A stretch of DNA of 47,495 bases from Haliotis rubra. Taxonomy: Eukaryota. Position 1 is the stretch's first letter; each line of letters opens with the position of its first letter. The notes beneath the pieces are model-generated. The model was not told where the DNA came from, did not search any database, and worked only from the letters and a program-made list of their open reading frames with translations. The position numbers and the translations under genes are program-made. Shown one piece after another: positions 33,037 to 44,479 of the stretch. The stretch covers positions 152,041 to 199,535 of the forward strand of contig NW_025765324.1 of assembly GCF_003918875.1 (NCBI RefSeq), in the 5' to 3' direction.

Positions 33037-33886
33037 TTATAACATGATATGTGGGTTGACCTCTAATTGTGGGGGCTCCCCGGAATCCCTGTGAGGGGTT
33101 CCCTCCCCGGAATCCTTGGGATTCCTGTGTCGTGTATATAACCACGAGATAACCACGGCAGCAGTTACGCCTACAGCCAACAAGAGTCGGGTCGGGTGAG
33201 TCACCCTGATAATTTTATGTTGGTTACACCACCGTTTTTTACCGGCAGCTACTCTCTTAGGATTCTTCTGCCTGGTTACTGTAGGGGTCACCTCGGGAGG
33301 GGTCACCTCCAGTTGGGGTTCCCCCAACTTTGGGGTCTCCCCCAGTTGTGGGATCCCCTCTGAAGGGGTCTGGGGTGGGGTCTCCTCCTTGGGGGTTTCC
33401 CCCATCTCCTCCTGTGCAGCATCCATCTATACTATTATTATTATTTTTCCTCTCAAATTGACAATGCTTTGCCGTGATAATCGCCGCCATCACCGGGGCT
33501 AACAACATACCATATTTGTGGTACAGCTCGCAGCTAATAGAGCTCAAGGCGTGTTCGATAAAAGGGTCTTTCTCGAGGTCTTCCCACAGGTAAAGCCGGC
33601 GTTCCTGGGGGATGGGAAGGAAGTATGACGCAATACCAGTGTATATCTGGGTCATAGCCGATCCTATTGTCTTTGTCATCTCTGCTCTGAGCCGGGACTC
33701 GTATCTAGCGTATAGCTTATCAATTTCTTCGGCTGACATTTTGTGAATTTTATCTGGAGTGTACTCCCCAAAGTAATGTTTGGCTTTGCCGCCAACAGCC
33801 AACGCCACCAGTTTCTCTCGCTTATCATCGTCCACCTGTGGTGATTGGGGTACCAACAATTGTTCGAGCAGTTCATCACACTCCAT
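33037..33886 (-). CDS. Polinton-internal gene of unknown function. An N-terminal part starting MECDELLEQLLVPQ... (from 33886) overlaps, in a different frame, a C-terminal part with Pro/Thr/Glu-rich repeats and a transmembrane (TM) helix (LLLAVGVTAAVVISWLY, 33037..33426). This is probably one gene with a frameshift inside an internal repeat.
   Basis: ORFs 33257..33994 and 33037..33426 overlap across a repetitive GGGGTCACCTC / GGGGTCTCC region at 33260-33420. The ATG at 33886 follows a leader that is probably spurious. Confidence 0.35.
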
Positions 33887-34182
33887 CTTATAATGTAACA
33901 AGTAAGATTTAGTTTTAACTATATAATATACGATATAGGCGAAACACAGAGAAATGAAGGTTAAGTTGCACACGACAAACACTTCAAATACCATAGCTAT
34001 AACTAAATGCTAAGTATTTATACTAAGCATTGCTAAGCATTGCTTAGCATTTGCTAAGCATTTGCTAAGCATTTACTAAGCTTTGCTAAGCATTTGGTAA
34101 GCTTTGCTAAGCATTGCTAAGCTAAAACACCCTATAGGCTACTGGTTGGTCGGTCTTGAGCACGAGCTTAGCGTGTTTAGTT

Positions 34183-34737
34183 TCAGCGAGCTGTTTCTTC
34201 ACCCGTTTCCCGTTCTAATTTGCTCATCACATCGTTCTCTCTCAAACACTCTTCGAACGAATCCCTGTCCTTGCAGTGAAATAAGGCCACCCATCGCGTC
34301 TGCTCCCTGAGGTCTTTCAACACCGAGTTGAACTTCTGCGTTAGCACCCAGACGCTGTGATTTGCATGCCGGCCGGAGAAGGCCAGGTACGATAGCATGT
34401 CTCTTTTTGTTATCTCACGCATTAGCTGCAGTCATCCAGTATGAACAACGCCGACTCCTTTAAATTTCATATGGTAAGCTTTCAACCAGTCCTGCAGACG
34501 TGGTCCCGGTCGACTCTGTGTACGTCCGGTCCGGCATCACCCAAGGTCTTTCCGTAATGCTTTATTCATGCTCAGAGTAGGGCACATGATAACGATGTGG
34601 TCGAACACATCCCTGTAGTACCCTCCAACATATCCAACACGAAAACGGTCTTCCCACAGCCAGTCTGCCCACACACTATGGCGCAGTGTGGGTCGCTGGA
34701 GTAAATCAGTAGATGGCTTTGCACGTAATCTCCCATT
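34183..34737 (-). pseudogene. A32/FtsK-HerA-like DNA-packaging ATPase of the Polinton, frameshifted after the Walker A motif
   Basis: The reverse complement of 34737..34624 translates to MGDYVQSHLLIYSSDPHCAIVCGQTGCGKTVFVLDMLEG, containing Walker A. The frame then shifts to YYRDVFDHIVIMCPTLSMNKALRKDLG*. The C-terminal ORF 34183..34422 (...RHANHSVWVLTQKFNSVLKDLREQTRWVALFHCKDR...) is typical of the family. Confidence 0.75.
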
Positions 34738-37700
34738 GTCTATATTAAGTTGCGTCCATAATAACGCATAGATATAATTTCAACTTGCCAGCGGGTTGAG
34801 CCTTCTTGGTAATCTGATGGTTATCCCTCGCTGCCGTTATCTGGCGCGGGCGACCGCTACCATGCAGTTTATCGTCATCCGTGGATCGCATGTCCAACCA
34901 TAGGGCCGCAATTTGGTGGTCAGGTATTCACCGATCTTCACGGAGGATAGGTCCAGGTCTTGGTTATGTGGTGTTGTTTGGCTGGTAGCTTATTTATCTC
35001 ATCCCACTGCTGGTATGCCCTCATACCATGACTGAACAGCTGGTTGGGCACGCTCTATGGTCACTTCCACCTTTTCAATCGGGTTGAAAAACTTCGCTGT
35101 CCCTCCGAACGGCTCGTAATCCTCCACTGGGCATCTACCAGGATGCCTTTCATCGATCGGCTTGGCACGCTCAGGTTGATATTCCACACAGTGTCGCTTT
35201 ATCTCGCATCGACTGATCTATGCCTCAGTATGCGATCGTACAGGATGGCCATCTTCCCAGAGTACTGGCTTCAACCTGCCTGGCCAGCTCCGGCTAGTGA
35301 CCATGTCAAACTCCAGAGAGATGTTATCTATGGCGTAACTGGCCTCATCGCCGCTTGGCGACGCACTACTTTGCTGTAGTCGTTAAACGTTAGTCAGATT
35401 CAAGCTTCTATCACCCAGCTGCCTGGTAAACGGCGCTGCGTCTCGCGGAGCAACTCAAGTCGAGCGGCACGCAGAACCGTTCCCTATACGCTTTGGGCGA
35501 TGGCCTTTTCACCGCTTCCATAGCTTGTCTAGCTGGTCTTGGCGCCGGTTATACCCAATGCTAAACCGGTCGATTTGTTGATACCCTGGTACACGCCATT
35601 GACACGTTCTCCTCGCTTCCAGAGATCCCCGTAGCAGTGAAAACACGCCGCTGTCGCCGATGCTCAGCACCTCGCTACCGCTGATCTTGATGGTGGTTTT
35701 TTGATGATGGCTCGACTCTACGCTCCGCACTAGCTTCACGCTTGTCGCTGGTGGAGGCCAACGCGAGGTTGAACGCCAGTCTAACCGCGGCCTGGTACAA
35801 TGAGGTCATTCTCGCCAAGTTTGGAAATCTAACCAGCAGCGCTTTGGTTCTGGTCTATCTTGCTGGGATTGTTGGTAATGGTCACCGACTGGCGATCGCT
35901 CTGACGCCTAGAGGCTCTCTCGACCTTCTGAAAGGATCTAGTTTTCTACCGCATATTGTTATATAAATGAAATATATAAGTTTTAATACTAAATAATGGC
36001 AGAGTACATACCTATGGATGATATGTGGGATGATAGTGCCCAGGCATTCGAGGATGACACCACATTCACTACCCCCTTAAGTACTGAACTTGTACAGCCT
36101 GCTGTCAACGCATTAATACAACGAAAGTTGAAAATAGAGACTACATCAAGCCGCTGGGGAGGGACTATGCCAAGTTTACCGCCGATAAGAAGGGCACGCT
36201 AGCGATTGAAGGCTCACCCAGGGGTCGATATCATAAAAAAAGATGGGAAGCCATATGCTTTGTCAACACTTACCAGTCGCCCTGGTGGGGGTCAGCTGAT
36301 CCGCGGATGAACTAGGCTTCATAGATTACGGGCGCGACGGTCAAAGCTTCCCCGAAGGTCGCCCAAGATCTGCAAGCAGCCAGACCCAAAGGCGATGAAG
36401 GTGATATACCCCAACGCAAGCAAAGAAACGCCGGACAGTATCGAGAAAATATTGACCACGCGTATCATGACAAACCCTTGCCGGTCTCAAATTTCCAGGC
36501 CTAGACGAAGCCTTTGAAACATGTACGCCGGAGAACTCGTGGAACAACATGGGGAAACTTAATGAAATCGATGAGCACATCGCTTCATGGTGAAAATAAA
36601 ACTCACCGGGCGATGGTGATATGAAACGTCGTGATCGAGGAGAGAATAAAAACTTGAAGACGAGAGACGGACTCGGGTTGGAATCCGCTTCCTCTAACCG
36701 ATCACAGCCCGATCACAGATCAGTAGAGTACCGGAAACCATCGATCGAGTCCTAAATGAAGACACCACGCTTAGCTGACAGGATTCGATCCTGTTCCGAG
36801 CAAGGCATCACCATCGCCAGCATTCTGACTGCATTGGGCTTCATCATATCAACCCTGGTGGTGTCATTGACAGGGGTAGCCCCACTTCGCACTCAACACC
36901 AACACCCACAGGTGGGGTCAAAGAGTGGGATAAAACACCTGAAATCCCTAGGGGAAGCCCTGGCTAAACTGGCTGGTAAGGCTGTCAAGCCCTACCCGGC
37001 ATCCTGGGTAGCATCGTCTCGCGGCTGCTGGGCGCTCTGGCTAAAACTGCCCGCCTGGCTAAAACCTGCCAGCCATTGTCGGCTCAGTCAAAACTGGTGT
37101 AATGGGCTAAGAAATAAGTCCCAAAGCTACCCCACCAACCACCAGGGCTGTTTTACGGTCGATGTGCTGCTGATTGACGCTGCAGGCTGGGGCTGTGGGT
37201 GTGTTGGTTGCACCCTAGGCTCCAGGGTGGCGCCACTATACCCGCTACACGGGTCGCGGGTGGTGGTGGGACGGGGACGCTGACATCGAGGTTGACGCCC
37301 AACTTTTGGTCCGCTGTGGCTACAACTATTTCGTTGTTGTAGCCCACCACTTTTTACTCTCAATTGCATATCACTCGGAGCCATGTACAACCCCACGCCA
37401 ACACGAAGTCTAACTTTCGACCTGGCATATTCCAACACGCCTTGGTAACGCTTTGATGGCACTCGGGAGATCAACTGGAGCATTGATAGCATCCCCTCTA
37501 CGCTGATAACTAACTGTTTCTGAGCCGCCGTAGCAGTCCCCTTTACCGATAATACTGGAACGCTGCTTATGCCTGGGCGCGCACCCAACAGCCTTCACAC
37601 GCACGCTCGAATCGAAGTCGCTCAACCTGATTACACCGCACGAAAGTAAACCCTTTTCGACGTGTCCAGCATGAACTTTTCCAGTCATCCGCTGCCCCTG

Positions 37701-40700
37701 CTCGAACCTCCAGACTCGTAATCCTTACTGTTGTCGAAAAGCCATGTAACGGTCATCCCACTCGCTCGTTGTGAGGTGATGATATCGATTTGTATCCCCA
37801 TTCTTCAACTTTCGCTGGCATCCACGAGGTGCATGTTGTGAACGATGGGGATACCCAACCCGCGGTTCGGTCCCCGCAAACGCCAATCCGCTCTCGCGGT
37901 TTAGTTCGAATTCGCTGTAAATACGTCGTAGGGCCCGCTTATCGTGACTTGTTGTTTACTGCGCTCCATGCGCTGTCCTGTGGGACCGGAGCTGATTTCT
38001 TTAAGGATACGCCTGACCTGGTAGTACACGTGGAACAGGAACACAGACTGACTCAGCGTCCACGAAAGTGTCGGTTAATGTCACACCACACCCCGCTGTA
38101 GCGCACTACACGGGCGAAGTTGAGTTGATTCTGCCAGAACTGCATCGGGTTGTTGAACCAAGCATGAACTACCTTAGCGCTAGTCACCGAAAAATTTATA
38201 CAAGCTGAACACATCTAAAAGCTGGGCGCTGAAATACATCCCATCAGCTCGCACCACGATCTTCATGTGGGGAAATCTATATCCAGTTTAGGGTAAAACA
38301 CTCCAGGGGAGTACATTTTAAAACTATTATATAATGAGCATATATACTCTAACATGTACATAACACTTCCAGGAATAACGAGCGGCGAGGCCGCTCAGCT
38401 GACGACGCGATCGATAATACGCCGGGTCAACTCGAAGTCGCGACTCTGGGCGATATCACCTACCTACCGCGAATGGACTAACATCAACGCCAGCAACAAT
38501 AAGCTGTTCGTCAGTGGAGCTCGCAGCCAGATAACTGACGGCTACTACAGCGCAGCTCGCGTTTTATGGACGCAGGTCTTCAAACCCCTGGGAGCCTAAC
38601 TCAAGATGAACGACTCTAAACGGCACAGTGGTGTTAATCAACAACGGAAGAAACTCCTTGAGGCTCGGCCGCCATTGGCTTTAGGACACTCGGTATGTCA
38701 CCTGACGAGATAAAACCAACAACAACCGCCACAGGCACGGTTACCCGACCTAGTACTGCATCGGAGAGCTGTACATTCATCTCAGCCAAGTGAGCACAAC
38801 GCATAACATTCAAGGGGTCACCCTTCCACTATACTGAGAGCCGCACCGTGAAAACAGAGAAATACAACGACGGTAGAACTGAGTCGCTTTCACCGCTGCA
38901 GTATAAGAGGTTGACTCAGGGCAACATACCTGAGCTGATAATATCGGTGTTAGATATAAATCATAATCCCGGCCAATATAGGATACCTCAGCTTAACGCT
39001 TCACATAAAATGACCAGCGCATAAGGGCCCGGGTGAAAAATGCGCCAATGTGGGGATCTCCGACCTCGGGACACACGCGGATTCGACGCCCCGAGTAGAT
39101 GGTAAATTGTACGCCTTTACAACTGAAAAACAACATTTACAAACGCTGTTGAAGTCCCCTCCGTGGAGCCCTAGGTGATATAGTAGATACCACAAGAGCC
39201 GTAGTCAACACTAAGTACACCCTAGTCACCACCGGGATGATAAATGGATAATATACCCATCGCTCGGGTGGCAAACTGTTCGACTTAGACGATGTTGAGA
39301 GCACTACCGTCGCCCCAAACAAGCCATATACTGCCTTCTTCACCGAAGATGACAAGTGGGTGTTGTTACCAGATAAAGACGACTGGTTTCTCAATATTAG
39401 GCTCGCTCCCCTACGTGTTCACGGATAACAAAGACAACCACCTAAACAAAGTCGCTAACAACGGAACCCTGCTCGCGGGCTTTACGCCCCGACTCAGAGA
39501 CGAAGCGAGCCATCAGCCCAGTCGCCAGTATGGCAGCCCACATGCTATCGAAAGTAAACCGGAATACAAAACGCGACATTGCAGTTGGTGTCTGAATTTG
39601 AAGGCGTGGTCAGGATACTGGAGAGTCTACCGCTTAACTCAACACTGATCATCAAAGTCTACCTAGGGGAACCATCGGGAATGATGTCGAGATCGTGAAG
39701 GGGGTCAAACTCGGGTGGGTGAAACGACACCAGTATCACGCTTGCACAGTTTACGCATGGATGGGTGTCGGCTCCAACACCAGTCTGCAGGGTGTCACCG
39801 TGGATCGTGGAAAACACGATATCACTAACCAAGATCTTCCTACCTGACAACATACACTTCATGGGGTGAAGTTCACCCCTGAACTATTATCAGAAAACCA
39901 GTTGAAACTATATCGTAGTAGTATTATAGCAATGACCAGTCATCGCCCAACACTACGCTTTAATGACCTAGGGGACACGGAGGATTCGATCAGCCTGGTG
40001 AGGAAGACACCTTATACATCCTGCACTTGAAAGACAACGGTATATAGCGGGTGTCGTTATCAGATTTTAAAGAGCCTGAATGGTTAATCAACATGACCCT
40101 CACCACACCTTATATCTCCTTTAAAGGAAATGATATCAAGATCTCCCAGATTAAGAACAACGCATAATTATAGGATCGCTCATTCCGAATCTAGTGTAGA
40201 TATCAACTTAATATCAGTTGACCACACAGGTAACATGTTAACTTCCAGGGGAAGGTGAAGATAGAGATCAAATTACACGATTTACCAAGAGCATCTTCTA
40301 CCTCTCGTCGGGAGACTACACATTCATCATAGACGCCTATCTCGAGATAACCCGTCAGCCTGGGGCGTATATTTACATTATGGACGATATGATCATAAAT
40401 TGGGAAGCCAGGTGTAATAACAAACGCTGTCAGTATTACTAAGGTATCGGAAACAGACCTTTAGCAAGCCCTGATGGGGTTCGCCTCCTTAATGGAAGTA
40501 GAGCTAAGACCCCGCTTTTACGCGGCACGCTTAATCTAAGTATTATCAGCTTTAAGTACATTAACGAAGGTTAAATGAAACCCAATTAAAATATCTTTGT
40601 AATATATATTATAGGATGGGCCTGTACCCAGTCGTAGAGGAAGTAGCGAAAACCCTGGAAACCGTAGATCGGTTCCGCTTTGAGACAGTTATGTGATGTA

Positions 40701-41305
40701 AAAGTCCAACTAGAGCAAGACCGGCTGACACGCCGAAGCACTATGTAAAGTACCATAGAGCTTTCAATATCGTGGATGGGGCTGATACTGCCCTTATGGC
40801 AACCAGCATGGGGCTGGGAGCAGCAGGTGTTGGGTTGTTAGCTACCATCGTGGCTACCCCTCAGAGTGCTAGGCATTGAAATAACAGCTGGGGTGGCAGG
40901 GTGTTAGGGTTGGCGATAAGTTTGCATCACGCAGACTTCATCGTAAGGCATTGAAACCACGATGAGATCAGGGTTCTGGGCAAGCTAAAGCTGAACACAG
41001 TAAGTGAGCGATTTCCACTGCACTCACTGACAGTAAGATCTCAGAGGAGGAATTTCGCTCAATTCTATCTGAACTCACAAAAATATAACAAAATGAAACA
41101 AGAGATTCGCTCAAAGTCTCGTAAGTCTACTATCAGCCAGGACGAGAAAAAAGTACATAGAACAAGGGTGAAAAAAGCCCGGCAAGCCTTTATTACAAAC
41201 ACCAAAGAGATCATAGGCGCATTCACATTAAACTGTTTCATCGAGGTAAACATGGCATAGTGTCATAGCGACACGCTAGACGCAGCCCAGTATTGATGAT
41301 GCAAT

Positions 41306-41510
41306 CCCAGGATACCAACACACTCCAGCCATGTCCCCGGGTAAAGGCTAGGGAGGTGCTGCTAAGATCCCGCTATCGCCCCAAACTTTTTCATAGTAGG
41401 GGTAATGGTAGCAAGAGCTATAGGTCCCACCAAAGCCTTACTTGTGAAATAAGGCTTTTTGCAGAGGCTTTGGTTGAAAGTGATCCAGAACCCCCATTGT
41501 ATATACTACT
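41306..41510. repeat. Right TIR of the Polinton/Maverick element
   Basis: Its reverse complement aligns with 26834-27033. The CTTTC flank lies at 41511-41515. Confidence 0.9.
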
Positions 41511-42453
41511 CTTTCAGACTTTATATAACCTTGATGAAGTTTATTTGATATAAAGTCATCAGGGTTGTTTCTTATGTTTGGTTACACAGTTTACACCACC
41601 ATAGATTTGATATGTTTATAGTATTTGTTACCGCTCATTTGTTTCCTGTTCTTCGCTTAAATTCAAGCATGGCTGACCACTAAACTGAAGATGGTATCCT
41701 GATATATCAAGTAAGGATCTTTTTAAAATGTATCTGACATGTATTGGTAAATAAATTCATAATTATTAAAGCATATTTGTGTACATACATAACTTTATTT
41801 TTCATAATGTAAAAATTGTTTAACCAATATATTTATGTGTTATTTAATAATGTTTCCTTCATCTCTTTGGAAAATGTGTTGTTCAAAACCAAGTTTAGTA
41901 TTAAGCTAAATCTTATGATAAATATTTCAGCTTCTCTCAGTTCTGAACAAGATCCATGTGACATTATCGACAAGACCAAGGACCAGCTGCTGGACAGTTA
42001 TGCAGGCCACTGTGAAGATAACATCATACAGGCAGTTTCTTCAGGTTATCTTGATACTGACAATTAATTTCAGTGTAGGTACTTGTAGAATCAAGCAGTA
42101 AGCCAGTAAATCCTTCCCAAAGGTCTAGATGCCATGGCATAAAGATTTTGTGAAACACATGTTCATGTTCAAATAATCTGTGTAATACAATATGTACATT
42201 GTGAATGTATAAATTTAAGGTGACCAGTTGTGCAACAACCGTTATAAATATCTGTACTGTCATGCTATAGCATATAATAATAATCAGGGATTTGCTTCAA
42301 GAAAAAATTGTGTGTTTAAACTGATCTGTAATTTACTTTGTACAGGTTTGATGGGAAGCTTAAATGGTGACAATCTAGATCTGAGAGTGACAAATCTAAC
42401 GATGTTCTAATGACAAACAACAGTAAAGACTATCATTTCTTTGCTTCCTAATT

Positions 42454-42885
42454 TTGTTGCGGACAGGATTGATACTTCACACGGTGTCAAACAAAGCTCC
42501 TCAGAAAGAAATGGAATCAGTGGGTGCAGATGATTTCCTGCCAACTTGTGAAGAAATTAGAAACTATAAAGAAAATTTAAAGATCTTGCTGGCAAGGAAA
42601 TTGGTAGAGCATGTCAGTTCATTCAGCTGGATGAAAAGCCTCATTCCAACACATGTACCACATGATAGACAAGTCGAGATGTCAAAGGCTTCATCAATTT
42701 TCTTGTTGCCAATTATTTTGAAAAATGAGGCATCATACTCGGACTGTATCGACATAATGGATGCCTTCACGCCAAGCACGCACATCAACCAGTGGTATGC
42801 CAAAGCAGGCAGAGGTAAATGTTTCACGTTTCTTAAAGATTTGGTTAATCATTGCATCTATGCATATATATATATAGAACAATAA
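42454..42885 (+). CDS. Uncharacterised 143-aa ORF (…FLPTCEEIRNYKENLKILLARKLVEHVSSFSWMKSLIPTHVPHDRQVEMSKASSIFLLPIILKNEASYSDCIDIMDAF…)
   Basis: ORF track only. It reads as protein-like, but no domain was recognised and it lies in AT-rich DNA. Confidence 0.2.
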   Translation: MLRTGLILHTVSNKAPQKEMESVGADDFLPTCEEIRNYKENLKILLARKLVEHVSSFSWMKSLIPTHVPHDRQVEMSKASSIFLLPIILKNEASYSDCIDIMDAFTPSTHINQWYAKAGRGKCFTFLKDLVNHCIYAYIYIEQ

Positions 42886-43520
42886 CATTTGTGGGATTAT
42901 GTAAATCATTGTCAATATAGCTATGAAATATTACCTAATGTTTGTATTCATTATCATAAGCTTACATATAAGAGTTTGTTGTTGTTGCATGATTTTCCTT
43001 TGATATGTATCTAAACATTAATAATTCATTTTAGGCTCAGAGCTTGAAACACTTCGAGTTCGGGTTGGTGGCAAACAACTGACCAGAGTAAGACTCCAAT
43101 GAGCAAAGCCTTGAGGGAAGGGACACATACTGTGCAGTCAAGATTTGATCAGCTGGAGCCAGTCATTGTGGAAATGTTCCACACCCTTCAAGATTTCATT
43201 GACGTGATGGATAATATTGTCACAAGTATGTAGCCCTTATTCTTAAGTAGCCAAAAGTTATGGGGGTTAGTGGGAATCAAATGCAAAAAAAAACATCCAA
43301 ATACTTGTGAATTGAGCCTAGAGGGTTCTTGAATGTGCTTAAATTCCTAAAGTAACCTTCGAACAATGTCGACTATGCCAAATGAGTGTAAGTGCCTTAT
43401 ATGTATAGATGCAACATTTCGATGACTTATGAATACACATTTACAAAGTGATTAAATGTATCATATATTTGGGATTGAATTGCCTTCGTAAAGTACAGAT
43501 TCTGGTGCTTTTGTTGGCTG

Positions 43521-43600
43521 ACTTTGTGTGCTGGCGATTAGGTGCCTTACTCTGAGGGTCTGGGTTCGAACCCCGGATGGCACTCAGCCAAACATTAGTA
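43521..43600 (+). other. tRNA-like fragment (T-arm GGGTCTGGGTTCGAACCCCGGATGGCAC), probably a SINE or tRNA-derived remnant rather than a gene
   Basis: A B-box-like GGTTCGAACCCC is present, but no complete cloverleaf can be drawn. Confidence 0.25.
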
Positions 43601-44308
43601 CTACAATCTGTACTTTATTACACAAAGTGTAATAGCAGATATAACATATGTTACAATGACTTTCATGAAAGTTTCTTTGGAAATATTTGCAGAAATTATG
43701 CAAGAAGTTTCCTCAAGCTTGACAAAGGAATGGACAAGGCTGGACGCTTTGACATTTGAAATTAGTCATTCAACCATCAAATGTTAATGGGAAAGTCAAA
43801 GTGCGGTTTAAGGTATTTCTATTTGATTACTTACATAGAATTTAGCATTGTAGCAAAAGAATGACCATAGTTACAAAAGAGCAATATAGAAGACAAAAAC
43901 TATTATTGATAATACAATATGATGGTTATCAATTTGCTGAATTTTCAGTACATATTAGCAATATGGTATAGTCAACATCATTTTCAAATCCTTCCAAAAC
44001 TCTGTATACCGGGTATTTCCTAGTTCTCATTTTCCATATTTATCACAGTCATGGGTGCAAGTTAGTGTATTCACGGGTTGAACAACATAGGTACAAAACA
44101 GCTGGCAACAAGTCCTGTCCTCAAAGAAAATTGAGTCACCGAAGCCCCACAAGTTGGCTGGCCACACTCAATGAACTGACCAAAGCTGAATTCATCAAAC
44201 TCCAAGCTGTACCTCTTAGTAGTTACATAACCCCACCCCACCCAAGCTAAATCTAATTACTCCCAGTATACTCATCACTATCTAAAACTGTACATTATAT
44301 TTATATGT

Positions 44309-44479
44309 TTCCATCGGGCAGGGTAGCCTAATGGTTAAAGTTGACTCGCCGTCAATGAGGACCCGGTTTGAATCCCCACATGGGCACAATGTGTGAAGCC
44401 CATTTTCTGGTGTCCCCCGCTGCGGATGTTGCTGGAATATTGCTAAAAGCGTATGTGAAACCAAACTCACTCAGTCAGT
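44309..44479 (+). mobile_element. Full-length family-1 SINE with a TSD of about 10 bp, TATATGTTTC (44291-44300 / 44473-44482)
   Basis: GGGTAGCCTAATGGTTAAAGTTGACTCGCCGTCAATGAGGACCCGGTTTGAATCCCCACATGGGCACAATGTGTGAAGCCCATTTTCTGGTGTCCCCCGCTGCGGATGTTGCTGGAATATTGCTAAAAGCGTATGTGAAACCAAACTCACTCAGTCAGTCAG. Confidence 0.85.

Larger units (their letters stand above)
26834..41510 (-). mobile_element. Polinton/Maverick-type self-synthesising DNA transposon, 14,677 bp, with the gene module on the minus strand. It has about 200-bp TIRs, and its integrase, protein-primed polymerase and packaging ATPase are all disrupted.
   Basis: The left terminus is AGTAGTATATACAATGGGGCTTCTGGATCACTTTCAACC... (26834-27033). 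Its reverse complement matches the right terminus ...GGTTGAAAGTGATCCAGAACCCCCATTGTATATACTACT (41306-41510) at about 90% identity over roughly 200 bp. CTTTC lies immediately outside both ends. Internally there are an rve-type integrase, a protein-primed family-B polymerase (pPolB) with Exo III YxxxDVxxL, motif B KLMNNSVFGK and motif C YTDTDS, and an ATPase with Walker A GQTGCGKT. Confidence 0.9.

Noticed and set aside
36756-37688. Long overlapping ORFs on both strands (175 aa on the plus strand, 153, 92 and 65 aa on the minus strand) as real genes
   Set aside because: Mutually overlapping antisense ORFs in a high-GC segment are expected by chance, since GC-rich DNA has few stop codons. No recognisable motifs were found, so they are not called as CDS.
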